This document shows positions 1 through 8,709 of a DNA stretch of 42,070 bases, piece after piece. The translations under genes and the position numbers were made by a program. The DNA is from Candidatus Parcubacteria bacterium (lineage in GTDB: Bacteria > Patescibacteriota > Minisyncoccia > Phycocordibacterales > CALRHW01), in NCBI GenBank assembly GCA_009691505.1, contig SICJ01000002.1:1-42070 (forward strand). Direction: 5' to 3'. Position 1 is the first letter of the stretch. The number at the start of each line of letters is the position of its first letter. Under the pieces are notes generated by a model that worked only from the letters and a program-made list of their open reading frames with translations, had not been told where the DNA came from and ran no database searches.

Positions 1-76
1 ATGATTTTTGAGTGCGCAACCAACGGCGACAATGTGTCGTGTTGCGCACTGTGGCGAGCAAGGGCTCGCGCAATAT

Positions 77-148
77 TCCGTGGTAGCTCAGCGGTAGAGC
101 AAGCGACTGTTAATCGCTTGGTCGTAGGTTCGATCCCTACCCACGGAG
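77..148 (+). tRNA. tRNA-Asn(GTT)
   Basis: Cloverleaf: acceptor TCCGTGG/CCACGGA, D-arm GCTCAGCGGTAGAGC, anticodon loop CT-GTT-AA, T-loop GGTTCGATCC; CCA not encoded. Confidence 0.97.
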
Positions 149-204
149 CCCTTGTTAAGCAAAGTAAAGTATTTTACAGTTTTTTCATATGATATACTAA
201 ATCA

Positions 205-816
205 GTGATATTGACTCCTGATTTTAAATTTTGGCTCGCTGTGCTTACTTCTATATTAACCATATGGGCTTTTTACGGATATTTTAGAGATATTTTTAAG
301 AAAAAAACAAAACCTCACGTTTATACTTGGTTAGTTTGGTCTATAACACAAGGAACAGCAACTGCCGTTTTAGTTTATGGCGGAGGAGGATATGGGGCAA
401 TGAGTCTTATTGTGAGTACAGTTGTTGTTTTTGTAATATTCCTCCTTTCTTTTAAGTATGGAACAACAAATATAACAACAAGCGATACTATTGTTTTAAT
501 TGCTGCACTTATTGCAATTGCTGTATGGTGGCAATTAAAAAATCCATTACTTACTGTCCTTATAGCTTCCGCAATTGACGGGTTAGGATACATACCAACT
601 TTTAGAAAAACATATCAAGAGCCTTGGAGTGAGACGCTTGCATATTGGCTCAATATGTTTGCCTTGAGTGTTTTGACAATGGTTTCTAATACCGAATATA
701 ATCTTTTAACTCTTACTTATCTAACCGTATTAGCCTTAGCTAATATAACTGTATATCTAATTTGTCTTATACGTAGGAGAGTTGTTCAAAATCCACACAC
801 GCCAAGTCTTTCTTAA
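205..816 (+). CDS. multi-pass membrane protein (PQ-loop-like repeat architecture), cargo of tRNA-Asn islet
   Basis: 203 aa, ~7 hydrophobic segments, two repeats with TKPH..TW and IPTFRKTY.EPWSE motifs; GTG start 6 nt after TGnTATACT. Confidence 0.75.
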   Translation: MILTPDFKFWLAVLTSILTIWAFYGYFRDIFKKKTKPHVYTWLVWSITQGTATAVLVYGGGGYGAMSLIVSTVVVFVIFLLSFKYGTTNITTSDTIVLIAALIAIAVWWQLKNPLLTVLIASAIDGLGYIPTFRKTYQEPWSETLAYWLNMFALSVLTMVSNTEYNLLTLTYLTVLALANITVYLICLIRRRVVQNPHTPSLS

Positions 817-844
817 TACTTACCCAATCCAAAGTTCTAAACGT

Positions 845-862
845 ATCCAACCACGGGAGCCA
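845..862 (+). mobile_element. degenerate copy of tRNA-Asn 3' end (candidate hybrid att site)
   Basis: ATCCAACCACGGGAGCCA resembles tRNA 3' end ATCCCTACCCACGGAGCC (133-150). Confidence 0.5.
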
Positions 863-885
863 AACTTTCAACCTTATTCTTCAAC

Positions 886-1068
886 ACACATTTTTCATAT
901 CCTAAAACTGATGGATATTGTTTACCGATTCTGGATATATTTTACAAAAAAGTATTTGAGTCTGGTTATGTAAGCACGGCTCTATTCTTACCAGATTGGC
1001 AAAGTTCTAAAGGGGCAACTTGGGAGAGAAAATTAGTTTCAGATTTAGGAATTAAAATGTATAATTAA
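886..1068 (+). pseudogene. C-terminal fragment of DUF4406 / nucleoside 2-deoxyribosyltransferase-like protein
   Basis: Start-less frame ...TALFLPDWQSSKGATWERKLVSDLGIKMYN*; LPxWxxSxGAxxE motif. Confidence 0.55.
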
Positions 1069-1096
1069 ATGATTATTAATTAACTTAAATAAAAAT

Positions 1097-1159
1097 ATGG
1101 GAAAAGGAAACAACGCTCAGAGAAAAGAAAAGAAGAAAGCAAAAAAAGTTAAGAAATAA
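1097..1159 (+). CDS. small basic peptide MGKGNNAQRKEKKKAKKVKK
   Basis: ATG after A-rich leader, 20 codons, Lys-rich; below the ORF-track cutoff. Confidence 0.5.
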   Translation: MGKGNNAQRKEKKKAKKVKK

Positions 1160-1312
1160 GAAATAAGAAAGTTAATACTCGCATGTATTTACATCTCTAA
1201 ACACTCATTGCCACGTACGGCTATGTAGAGGTTTTTTTCTTTATAATTAGTCATATTATAAAAAGAATATTTAAAGATGTCGTGGACAAAGATAGGGTGC
1301 TATAATGAGTAG

Positions 1313-2188
1313 ATGTTACCGCAGACGAACCCAAAAAAGCTTAGCGTAATAGTTTTATGTGTCGTGCTTTTATCTATATTGGTTTTTGGATTTTACAAAT
1401 ATTACGTAGTCGCGATTAAATTAATAGAAACAGAAAAAGAATTAGCTAGCACAATCGAAAACTTTAAATTGTTTCAACAAAAAGTTTTCGAGCTTCAAGC
1501 CAGTCTTTTACAACTGTCACAAGATAAAGAAAATCAATCCAAAGCGTATCAAGATGAACTCAAAGATGCAGATAAAAAAGTGCAAGATCTTAAAAAATTA
1601 ACCGAAACAGATCCACAGCTTTTAGCTAAGTATTCAAAAGTATATTTTTTAAATGAAAATTATGCTCCACCAAGCCTCGTTTCAATTGATGAAAAATATT
1701 TGGACGATACAAGTAAACCACAAGAAATTCATAAGGAGGTAGAGAAATATTTGAAGAGAATGCTTGGTAGGGCACTGAGAAGTGGAATAAAATTAACAGT
1801 AACTTCTGCGTATCGTTCTTTTTCAGACCAGTTTTCTTTAAAAGCAGGTTACAAGGTCACTTATGGCGCGGGCACAGCAAATCAATTTTCAGCAGAGCAA
1901 GGATACTCTGAGCATCAGCTCGGTACGACGGTAGACTTAAATTATGCAAGCACCACGGCTTTTGTAAACTTTGAAAACTCAGACGCCTATAAATGGCTTC
2001 TTGATAACGCATATAAATACGGTTTTGTGATTTCATATCCAAAAGGCAATGTTTATTATCAATTTGAGCCATGGCACTGGAGATTTGTCGGTTTAGAATT
2101 AGCACACGATTTGCACGAGGACGATCAATATTTCTACGACTTAAGTCAGCGTGATATAAACAAGTATCTTTTAAACTTTTTTGATTAA
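1313..2188 (+). CDS. M15B family D-alanyl-D-alanine carboxypeptidase (VanY-like), membrane anchored with coiled coil
   Basis: SAYRS, SEHQLGTTVD (SxHxxGxAxD-like), EPWHWRFVG motifs; N-terminal TM helix. Confidence 0.92.
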   Translation: MLPQTNPKKLSVIVLCVVLLSILVFGFYKYYVVAIKLIETEKELASTIENFKLFQQKVFELQASLLQLSQDKENQSKAYQDELKDADKKVQDLKKLTETDPQLLAKYSKVYFLNENYAPPSLVSIDEKYLDDTSKPQEIHKEVEKYLKRMLGRALRSGIKLTVTSAYRSFSDQFSLKAGYKVTYGAGTANQFSAEQGYSEHQLGTTVDLNYASTTAFVNFENSDAYKWLLDNAYKYGFVISYPKGNVYYQFEPWHWRFVGLELAHDLHEDDQYFYDLSQRDINKYLLNFFD

Positions 2189-2216
2189 ATGTCAGATTGT
2201 TTGATATAATGATAAT

Positions 2217-2591
2217 ATGAAAATAAATACAAAAGCAAAAAATATAACGATTTCTGCGGAGACTTCAGATTATTTAATAAAAAAACTTGCGACTTTGGAC
2301 AAGATTGTAAATGACGATGAAATGCTTTGCGAAGTAGAGCTTGGAAGAGAATCAATGCATCACGCAAATGGCGATGTCTTTCGTGCGGAAATAAATTGCA
2401 GTTCAAAAGGGAAAAATTATTTTACTGTCGCTACCGAACAATCACTTCATGGCGCGATAGACATTATGAAAGACGAGCTTCTGCGGGAGATAAAATCTTA
2501 TAAATCGCGACAAAAAACACTTTTGCGACGTGGAGGAGCAAAAATAAAAAATATACTTAAAGGTCTTTATCCTTTTAAAAAATCAAGGTAA
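2217..2591 (+). CDS. hpf: ribosome hibernation promoting factor / RaiA family
   Basis: MKINTKAKNI..., AIDIMKDEL (S30AE fold motifs). Confidence 0.88.
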   Translation: MKINTKAKNITISAETSDYLIKKLATLDKIVNDDEMLCEVELGRESMHHANGDVFRAEINCSSKGKNYFTVATEQSLHGAIDIMKDELLREIKSYKSRQKTLLRRGGAKIKNILKGLYPFKKSR

Positions 2592-3427
2592 CTAGTTTCT
2601 TTTTTTCCTTCAGGAATTACTCTTTTTATTTTAAGTACGCCATCTACTATTTCAGCATCGGTGATTATTACGCGTATTTCTTTATTTCTTTTGTGAGTGA
2701 AAAAATACGCACTAGGCCAGACGTTGTATGCTTTTATTTTCCGTAGGTTTTTTTCTGCATTGTCTTCTAGTGAAATAAGCCCGTCTGCTTTTTCTATTTT
2801 TTTTGTAAATGTCGCCGTGTTGTGGTCTTGCTCTTTTTCTATGATTTTTCCTGCGATCCAATCAGGTAAAATTTCTGCGAGGAGTAAGCCACTTTCCTTA
2901 CCGAGAAGTGTTTCGAGCTCGTCGTATTTTGGTGGCCATTTTTCTGTCGCGATGATTTTTTGCGCAACGATAGGGCCGTGATCCATTTTTTCATCCAGTC
3001 TGATAATGGTGACCCCTGTTTCATTTTCCGTGAGTATCGCGGTTTGAATAGGGGACGAGCCACGAAGTTTTGGTAAAAGAGAGGGGTGAATATTGAGGGT
3101 TTTATGTGTTGGTATGTCTAGTATGCTCTGCGGGATAATTTTACCGTATGAAGCTACTATAAATACGTCGGAAGCGCGCGAGCGTAGCTCGCGCGCGAGT
3201 TCCGTTACCACCACCTCATTTTTTAAATTTTCTGGCTGTAAAAAATCCACCTTATTCTCAAGAGCCCACACCTTTACCTGCGACGGAGTTATTTTTAATT
3301 TTCGTCCACTTGGTTTATCAGGAGTCGTTATTATCTGCGCAGGTATCAAACCTTTTTCTTTTAGCGCATTCAATACGTGTACCGAAAACTCTGATGTACC
3401 AAAAAAAGTGAAAGAAATATTTTTCAT
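2567..3427 (-). CDS. fmt: methionyl-tRNA formyltransferase
   Basis: FFGTSEFS, TTPDKPSGR, NIHPSLLPKLRGSSPI, MDHGPI; adjacent to def. Confidence 0.97.
   Translation of the reverse strand: MKNISFTFFGTSEFSVHVLNALKEKGLIPAQIITTPDKPSGRKLKITPSQVKVWALENKVDFLQPENLKNEVVVTELARELRSRASDVFIVASYGKIIPQSILDIPTHKTLNIHPSLLPKLRGSSPIQTAILTENETGVTIIRLDEKMDHGPIVAQKIIATEKWPPKYDELETLLGKESGLLLAEILPDWIAGKIIEKEQDHNTATFTKKIEKADGLISLEDNAEKNLRKIKAYNVWPSAYFFTHKRNKEIRVIITDAEIVDGVLKIKRVIPEGKKETSYLDFLKG
3174..3196. repeat. perfect GC-rich hairpin inside fmt (10-bp stem, GTA loop)
   Basis: GCGCGCGAGC-GTA-GCTCGCGCGC; encodes ARELRSRA. Confidence 0.8.
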
Positions 3428-3445
3428 ATTTTAATCTGTTCAAGT

Positions 3446-3958
3446 TTAATTTTCAGGAGGCAGGTCTTGCACGTCCACCGCCGTGTCTATAAAAAGCACG
3501 CCATTTAAATGGTCAGTTTCGTGTTGGAAGATTTGCGCAAGAATTCCAGAACCACCTTTTGTAAAACGTTTTCCATTTTCATCGTATGCTTCCACCATTG
3601 CTTTTTGAAAGCGTTTCACTTTTCCGTATAGGTATCGCACACTGAGGCATCCCTCGTCCATCATTTTTGTAGATTTAGATAGTTTTGTAATTTTTGGATT
3701 GATAAAAACCATATCTTCGTATTTTTTAATATCCCCATCTTTTTTTTCCATACCAAAAACCTTATTTGATATCACAAAAATCCGCAACAGTTCTCCTATC
3801 TGTGGCGCAGCTATGGCAACACCGTCATCTTGTGACACGAGTGATTTTTTCATTGCGGAAATTATCTTTTGCACTTTTGCAGAAGTAATCTCTTTTACAG
3901 GCACTTCAAGAGATTTTTTTCTAAGCAAGGGGTCATTTTTTTGCAAAATTTTTGGCAT
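3446..3958 (-). CDS. def: peptide deformylase
   Basis: GVAIAAPQIG, EGCLS, QHETDHLNG motifs. Confidence 0.98.
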   Translation of the reverse strand: MPKILQKNDPLLRKKSLEVPVKEITSAKVQKIISAMKKSLVSQDDGVAIAAPQIGELLRIFVISNKVFGMEKKDGDIKKYEDMVFINPKITKLSKSTKMMDEGCLSVRYLYGKVKRFQKAMVEAYDENGKRFTKGGSGILAQIFQHETDHLNGVLFIDTAVDVQDLPPEN

Positions 3959-3974
3959 TTTTCTTAATTATATA

Positions 3975-5879
3975 CTACAAAACGCTCTCTGGGTCTACTT
4001 TTATCATAAATTGTGGAGGAAGAGAGCGCAGAGTTTTCAGCACATTTTTGTCTACCCACTTTCCTTCTGGGATTTTTATAAGAGCGTGCATTACGTGTTT
4101 TCCACGTACTTTATTTGTAAAAGCCTCAAAAATATCCGTTTCAAATGGCGTGAAAAGTGCTGGTAGTTTTTGCATCTCTTTTTCCACAGCTTTTTTCTCA
4201 CCTTGTAGCGTGATTTTTATAAATACTGAAAATGGCGGATAACCAAAAGATTTTCTTTCTTCTATTTCATCTCTATAAAAATCCACTAGGTTGCCTTTAA
4301 ATGCGTAATCAAATATTTTTTCCTCGGGGTTGCGAGTTTGCAAAACAAAATTTTCTTGTGTCATAGAGCGAATCTTGAGCATTATGGAAAGCACCTTTTC
4401 TCTCATGCGAAAATCAGGCACAGAAAAAAGCGCGTCAATTGAAGCCACTGCAGAGTTTTCTATTTTTTTAGATAAATATAAAAGCGCCATTTCTGTACCG
4501 ATGAGCACGCTTCCGGGTGTATTATAAAATTTATTTACAATATTAAGTGCTTTTTTGTGCGTCCCTGCATTTTCCGAATCAATCCTAAAAATTTTTACAT
4601 CTGGATATTTTATACGCAATCCTTTCTCTACGAGCTCAATACCTACGCCGAGCGTAACCAGTTTCCAGCTTGTGCAGTGTTTACATTTTTCTTTTGCGTC
4701 ACGACGTTTACCGCAAGTAGGGCATTGAAAAAAGTTTTCGCTCATAGGAGCATTGCCTGCGTGAAGTACGACAGGTGTACTGCACACACTACAAGTCGCA
4801 ACGGTGCCACAGTCTCCGCAAAGTGTCAGTGGCGCAAGCCCTTTTCGCACACAAAAAATAAAAAGATTTTCATTTTTTTCTTTATTCCACTCTACAAGTT
4901 TCTCTAGTTCTTTTGAAACAGCGCTAAAAGCAACACCCTTTTCGTCTGCATTTTTTCTGGTATCTATTATGATTTGTTTTGCGTTCGTTGTAGATCTAAA
5001 TTTTATAGGAGAAAATTCAATATACTCATCATTTTTAAGTCGCCACATTGTTTCGGTACGAATAAGCATATCTCCCATTAGTAGTCGCGCTTTTATTCTT
5101 TTTGTATAAAATTGAGCAAATGTTCTGATGTCTAAAAAAGGTCTAAAGGGAATTTTGTAGGCACGCGAACCTTCGCGTTCAAGAATTATCGTGCCGATAT
5201 TTTGATGAGGAACACAAAAATATTGCCCTGTCGCAATGATGAGCGCGGGATGGGTTTCCTTTGCAAGTTTATTCCACAGCTCGCTCAACTCTTTCTTTTT
5301 TAAATTACCATGAAATACATAAGCATATTGCTCAATTCCTTTTTCTAATGTATGTTGTGCTCGTTTTACGTCTTCAATTGTAGGTAAACATACAAAAACA
5401 GATAAACCTCTCGCAAACTCTTCACGAATAAGACTTTTGTAGTTTGCAAATCTTTCTTCATCGTCGGCTTGAAGGACGAGCTGTTCTGAGTTGTTTTTTT
5501 GGAGTAAATCCTTACTGGTCGCGGTCTCAAAAGTTACACTGTTTAAATTATTTAAAACTGCAGAGGGAATGAGAGTGTTTAGCACACTTCCGGTAGAAGA
5601 TGCAAAATATTCCGCAGTTTCTTTGGCAGTTTCTATAAAAGCTTCCGTTAAAAATTGATGAGCTTCTATGTGCTCCATTTTTCGCAGTGCAAAACTCGCA
5701 GATTTTATTTCAGATTTTGCTGTGGAAACATCCTCTTTTTCCACGACGATAGCGTGAATCATTTTTTTTCGCAGTGGTACTAGAACTATTTTTCCAAGCT
5801 CTACATCTGTCGCAGTAAAATATGAAAGGCGGTCAAGCAAAATTCCTTTTGAAATTGGTATGACGTGAATAATTTTCAT
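3975..5879 (-). CDS. priA: primosomal protein N' (PriA), helicase motifs degenerate
   Basis: N-terminal VLVPLRKK, four CxxC pairs, PDFR, LQT, GYPPF, C-terminal VDP; Walker A and DEEH absent. Confidence 0.9.
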   Translation of the reverse strand: MKIIHVIPISKGILLDRLSYFTATDVELGKIVLVPLRKKMIHAIVVEKEDVSTAKSEIKSASFALRKMEHIEAHQFLTEAFIETAKETAEYFASSTGSVLNTLIPSAVLNNLNSVTFETATSKDLLQKNNSEQLVLQADDEERFANYKSLIREEFARGLSVFVCLPTIEDVKRAQHTLEKGIEQYAYVFHGNLKKKELSELWNKLAKETHPALIIATGQYFCVPHQNIGTIILEREGSRAYKIPFRPFLDIRTFAQFYTKRIKARLLMGDMLIRTETMWRLKNDEYIEFSPIKFRSTTNAKQIIIDTRKNADEKGVAFSAVSKELEKLVEWNKEKNENLFIFCVRKGLAPLTLCGDCGTVATCSVCSTPVVLHAGNAPMSENFFQCPTCGKRRDAKEKCKHCTSWKLVTLGVGIELVEKGLRIKYPDVKIFRIDSENAGTHKKALNIVNKFYNTPGSVLIGTEMALLYLSKKIENSAVASIDALFSVPDFRMREKVLSIMLKIRSMTQENFVLQTRNPEEKIFDYAFKGNLVDFYRDEIEERKSFGYPPFSVFIKITLQGEKKAVEKEMQKLPALFTPFETDIFEAFTNKVRGKHVMHALIKIPEGKWVDKNVLKTLRSLPPQFMIKVDPESVL

Positions 5880-5896
5880 ATTTTTTTAATACCCAT

Positions 5897-7420
5897 TTAA
5901 TTATCTCGCAAAATTTTTACTTTCGCACCGATACTACATAGTCTTTTTATGATATCTTCGTAGCCACGATTTATACTATATATGTTGCGAAGTATTGATT
6001 TGCCACTTGCCCCCAGCATTCCTATGAGAATAATAGCGCCAGGACGTAGAGCGGGCGGACAAATAACCTCCGCTGATTTCAATTTTGTCGGCCCAGTAAT
6101 ATATAGTCGGTGTGGATCTACGAGATTTGTATTTGCTCCGAGTTTGTCTATGTCCTTCATGTAAATTGCGCGCTTTTCATAAGCCCAATCGTGGATGAAA
6201 GTTGTGCCTGTCGCCTGTGTTGCAATGATTGCAAAAAAAGGAAGATTGTCCATGTTGAGTCCTGGGTAGGGTCGGCACTCTATTTTTTCTTCAAGGGCGG
6301 TGAGTTTGGATGGAAAAGTTGTGATGTCTACAAGGTCGGTGTATTCATTTAATGCTTTGTATTTTTCGCTTCTTTTATATTTGAACCCCATTTTTTCTAG
6401 TTTAAGTAATTCAATTTCCAAAAAATCTATTGGACAACGTTTGATGATGATAGAAGAATTTGTGACGATGGCTGCCGCAAGAAAAAACATAGATTCAATA
6501 GGATCTTCCATAAGATAATATGTGACAGGTGTATTTATATTTTCTACTCCATAAATAGTGATATTTGTAGTACCTATACCTTCTACCTTTACCCCACATT
6601 TTTCTAAAAATAGACAAACTTCTTGTCCCATATAATTTGCTGATGCAAATTTAATAACGGTCTTGCCTGGGATAAGCGCCGCCGCCATTATTGCATTTTC
6701 TGTCACGGTGTCTCCAGATTCATATAGCACTATTTCCGCAGGTCTTAGTTTTGATGACGATATTTCATAGTTATCTTTGTTTGTTTTTATATTTACACCA
6801 AGTTTTTCTAACGCGAAAAAATGAGGACGCACAGTGCGTGAACCCAGGTTGCATCCACCTGGTTGAGGAATCTTAAAATTTTTTAGGTTGTGGATAAGCG
6901 GTCCGATAAGCATAATAATACTTCGTGTTTTTCCCGCCGCAGCGCCGTCTATATTTTTTATTGCAAAAGTTTTTGGAGGTTTTATTTCTACGTCGTTGCC
7001 GTGCCACTTTACATTTACGCCGATACTTTCAAACACTTCAATCATTCTATACACCTCCTCTATTTTCGGGACGTTTTTTATTGTCGTCGTGTTGGTATTG
7101 AGCAGGGAAGAACAGAGTATTCCCATCGCTCCGTTTTTAGAAGTTTTAGTAACGATTTCTCCTGAAAGTTTTCTACCGCCCTCTATTTCAATATTTAACG
7201 CGCCAGTTGAAAGTGTGACGATGTCGCGATTGAGCGCGTCACTGATTTTTGAAATCATTTCTGTGGTCAGGTTTTGCTCACCTTTTTCAATACGCGCCAC
7301 AGCGCTTTGCGTTGTGCCGAGTTTTTTTGCAAACTCTGCTTGTGTAATTCCTCGTTCTTCGCGAAGCGTCTGCGCCAGTTTTCCTATGTGTGCAAATTTT
7401 TTGTTGGCATTTTTGGGCAT
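5897..7420 (-). CDS. murA: UDP-N-acetylglucosamine 1-carboxyvinyltransferase with N-terminal XRE HTH domain
   Basis: HTH_3 (ITQAEFAKKLGTTQSAVARIEKG), then SKN, PGGCNLGSR, RGYE motifs. Confidence 0.95.
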   Translation of the reverse strand: MPKNANKKFAHIGKLAQTLREERGITQAEFAKKLGTTQSAVARIEKGEQNLTTEMISKISDALNRDIVTLSTGALNIEIEGGRKLSGEIVTKTSKNGAMGILCSSLLNTNTTTIKNVPKIEEVYRMIEVFESIGVNVKWHGNDVEIKPPKTFAIKNIDGAAAGKTRSIIMLIGPLIHNLKNFKIPQPGGCNLGSRTVRPHFFALEKLGVNIKTNKDNYEISSSKLRPAEIVLYESGDTVTENAIMAAALIPGKTVIKFASANYMGQEVCLFLEKCGVKVEGIGTTNITIYGVENINTPVTYYLMEDPIESMFFLAAAIVTNSSIIIKRCPIDFLEIELLKLEKMGFKYKRSEKYKALNEYTDLVDITTFPSKLTALEEKIECRPYPGLNMDNLPFFAIIATQATGTTFIHDWAYEKRAIYMKDIDKLGANTNLVDPHRLYITGPTKLKSAEVICPPALRPGAIILIGMLGASGKSILRNIYSINRGYEDIIKRLCSIGAKVKILRDN

Positions 7421-7446
7421 TTTGATTTATTTAAATAATTTTTTGT

Positions 7447-7468
7447 ATTATAACATATATGCTATAAT
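7447..7468. promoter_or_regulatory. 22-bp imperfect palindrome overlapping the murA -10 (candidate operator)
   Basis: ATTATAACATATATGCTATAAT, 20/22 self-complementary, just upstream of the HTH-murA start. Confidence 0.5.
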
Positions 7469-7601
7469 AAATCAAAACATTAATAAAAAGCCTGTGCTTT
7501 CAGAGCACGCGTAAAAATCTGCTGATTTTTCTGCTCCGCTCGGCGCCGACGCGCCTGCGCGAGTCTCTTCAAGCACAGGCTTTTTATTAATGTTTTGATT
7601 T
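7469..7601. repeat. palindromic element: 31-bp perfect inverted arms around a GC-rich two-hairpin core
   Basis: 7469-7499 is the exact reverse complement of 7571-7601; core AAAAATC-TGCT-GATTTTT-CTGCTCCGCTCGGC...GCCTGCGCGA. Confidence 0.9.
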
Positions 7602-7652
7602 CTTTAAACATTTGTCAATCTTCCCAAACTCCCTTATGATATGCTTATCTTT

Positions 7653-8666
7653 ATGTCATTTTTCTCAAAAAAACTCGGTATTGATTTGGGAACCACAAGC
7701 ACCCTTGTGTATGTGCCTGGAAAGGGAATTGTCCTAAACGAGCCTTCTGTCGTTGCTATTTCTGAAGAAGACAACAGAATCCTCGCTATTGGTCTTGAAG
7801 CAAAAAATATGATCGGTCGCACACCTGAGAGCATTATTGCTTATCGTCCGATGAAAGACGGAGTCATTGCAGATTATCGTGTGACAGAAGCAATGCTTCG
7901 TTATTATATAAACAAAGCGCTCGGCAAGTGGAATTTATCAAAGCCAGAAGTGCTGGTGTCTGTGCCCGCAGGAGTCACATCCACAGAACGTCGTGCGGTC
8001 GTGGAGGCCGCTATTCGTGCAGGTGCAAAAAATGCTTATGTTGTAAAAGAACCGATTCTTGCAGCGATTGGTGCAGGGATTCCTATCCAAGAAGCGATGG
8101 GACACATGGTAGTAGATATTGGCGGAGGTACGACAGACGTCGCTGTTATTTCTCTTGGAGGAATTGTCGCAGCGACTTCTGTAAAATGTGCAGGTAATAA
8201 AATTGATTATGCGATTACTGATTACATTAAAAAACAATTCAATCTAGGTATAGGCGACAAAACCGCTGAAGATATAAAAATAAAAGTGGGCTCTGCTATT
8301 CCACTTGATGAAGAGCTTGCGGTGACGATAAAAGGACGAGATTTTGTGACAGGTCTTCCTCGTTCAATTGAAATTAAAACCAACGAAATAGTAAAAGCTA
8401 TCAACAAAGAACTTCGCGAAATCGTAAAAGCAATTAAAGATGTATTTCAAGATACTCCACCAGAGCTTGCGTCAGATATTATAGATAATGGAATTATTAT
8501 GACAGGTGGTTCATCACAGCTTCGTAACCTTCCAGATCTTGTTTATCGTCGCACAGGTGTAAAAGCCGTCCTTGCAGAAGACGCATTGTATTGTGTAGTG
8601 AAAGGGACAGGAATTGCCCTAGAGCATCTAGATGTATACAAAAAGAGTATTATTGCTAAGAGGTAG
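7653..8666 (+). CDS. mreB: rod shape-determining protein MreB/Mbl (paralog 1, stand-alone)
   Basis: GIDLGT, EPSVVA, DIGGGTTD, TGGSSQL; alternative start 7641. Confidence 0.96.
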   Translation: MSFFSKKLGIDLGTTSTLVYVPGKGIVLNEPSVVAISEEDNRILAIGLEAKNMIGRTPESIIAYRPMKDGVIADYRVTEAMLRYYINKALGKWNLSKPEVLVSVPAGVTSTERRAVVEAAIRAGAKNAYVVKEPILAAIGAGIPIQEAMGHMVVDIGGGTTDVAVISLGGIVAATSVKCAGNKIDYAITDYIKKQFNLGIGDKTAEDIKIKVGSAIPLDEELAVTIKGRDFVTGLPRSIEIKTNEIVKAINKELREIVKAIKDVFQDTPPELASDIIDNGIIMTGGSSQLRNLPDLVYRRTGVKAVLAEDALYCVVKGTGIALEHLDVYKKSIIAKR

Positions 8667-8674
8667 AGTGGTGG

Positions 8675-8703
8675 TTGACAAATTTATTTTATTGGTATAG
8701 TAT
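8675..8703 (+). promoter_or_regulatory. sigma70-type promoter
   Basis: TTGACA-17 nt-TAGTAT, with no plausible downstream CDS until 9017. Confidence 0.6.
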
Positions 8704-8709
8704 GTAATA

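Noticed and set aside
1..192. 63-aa ORF
   Set aside because: Overlaps tRNA-Asn; spurious.
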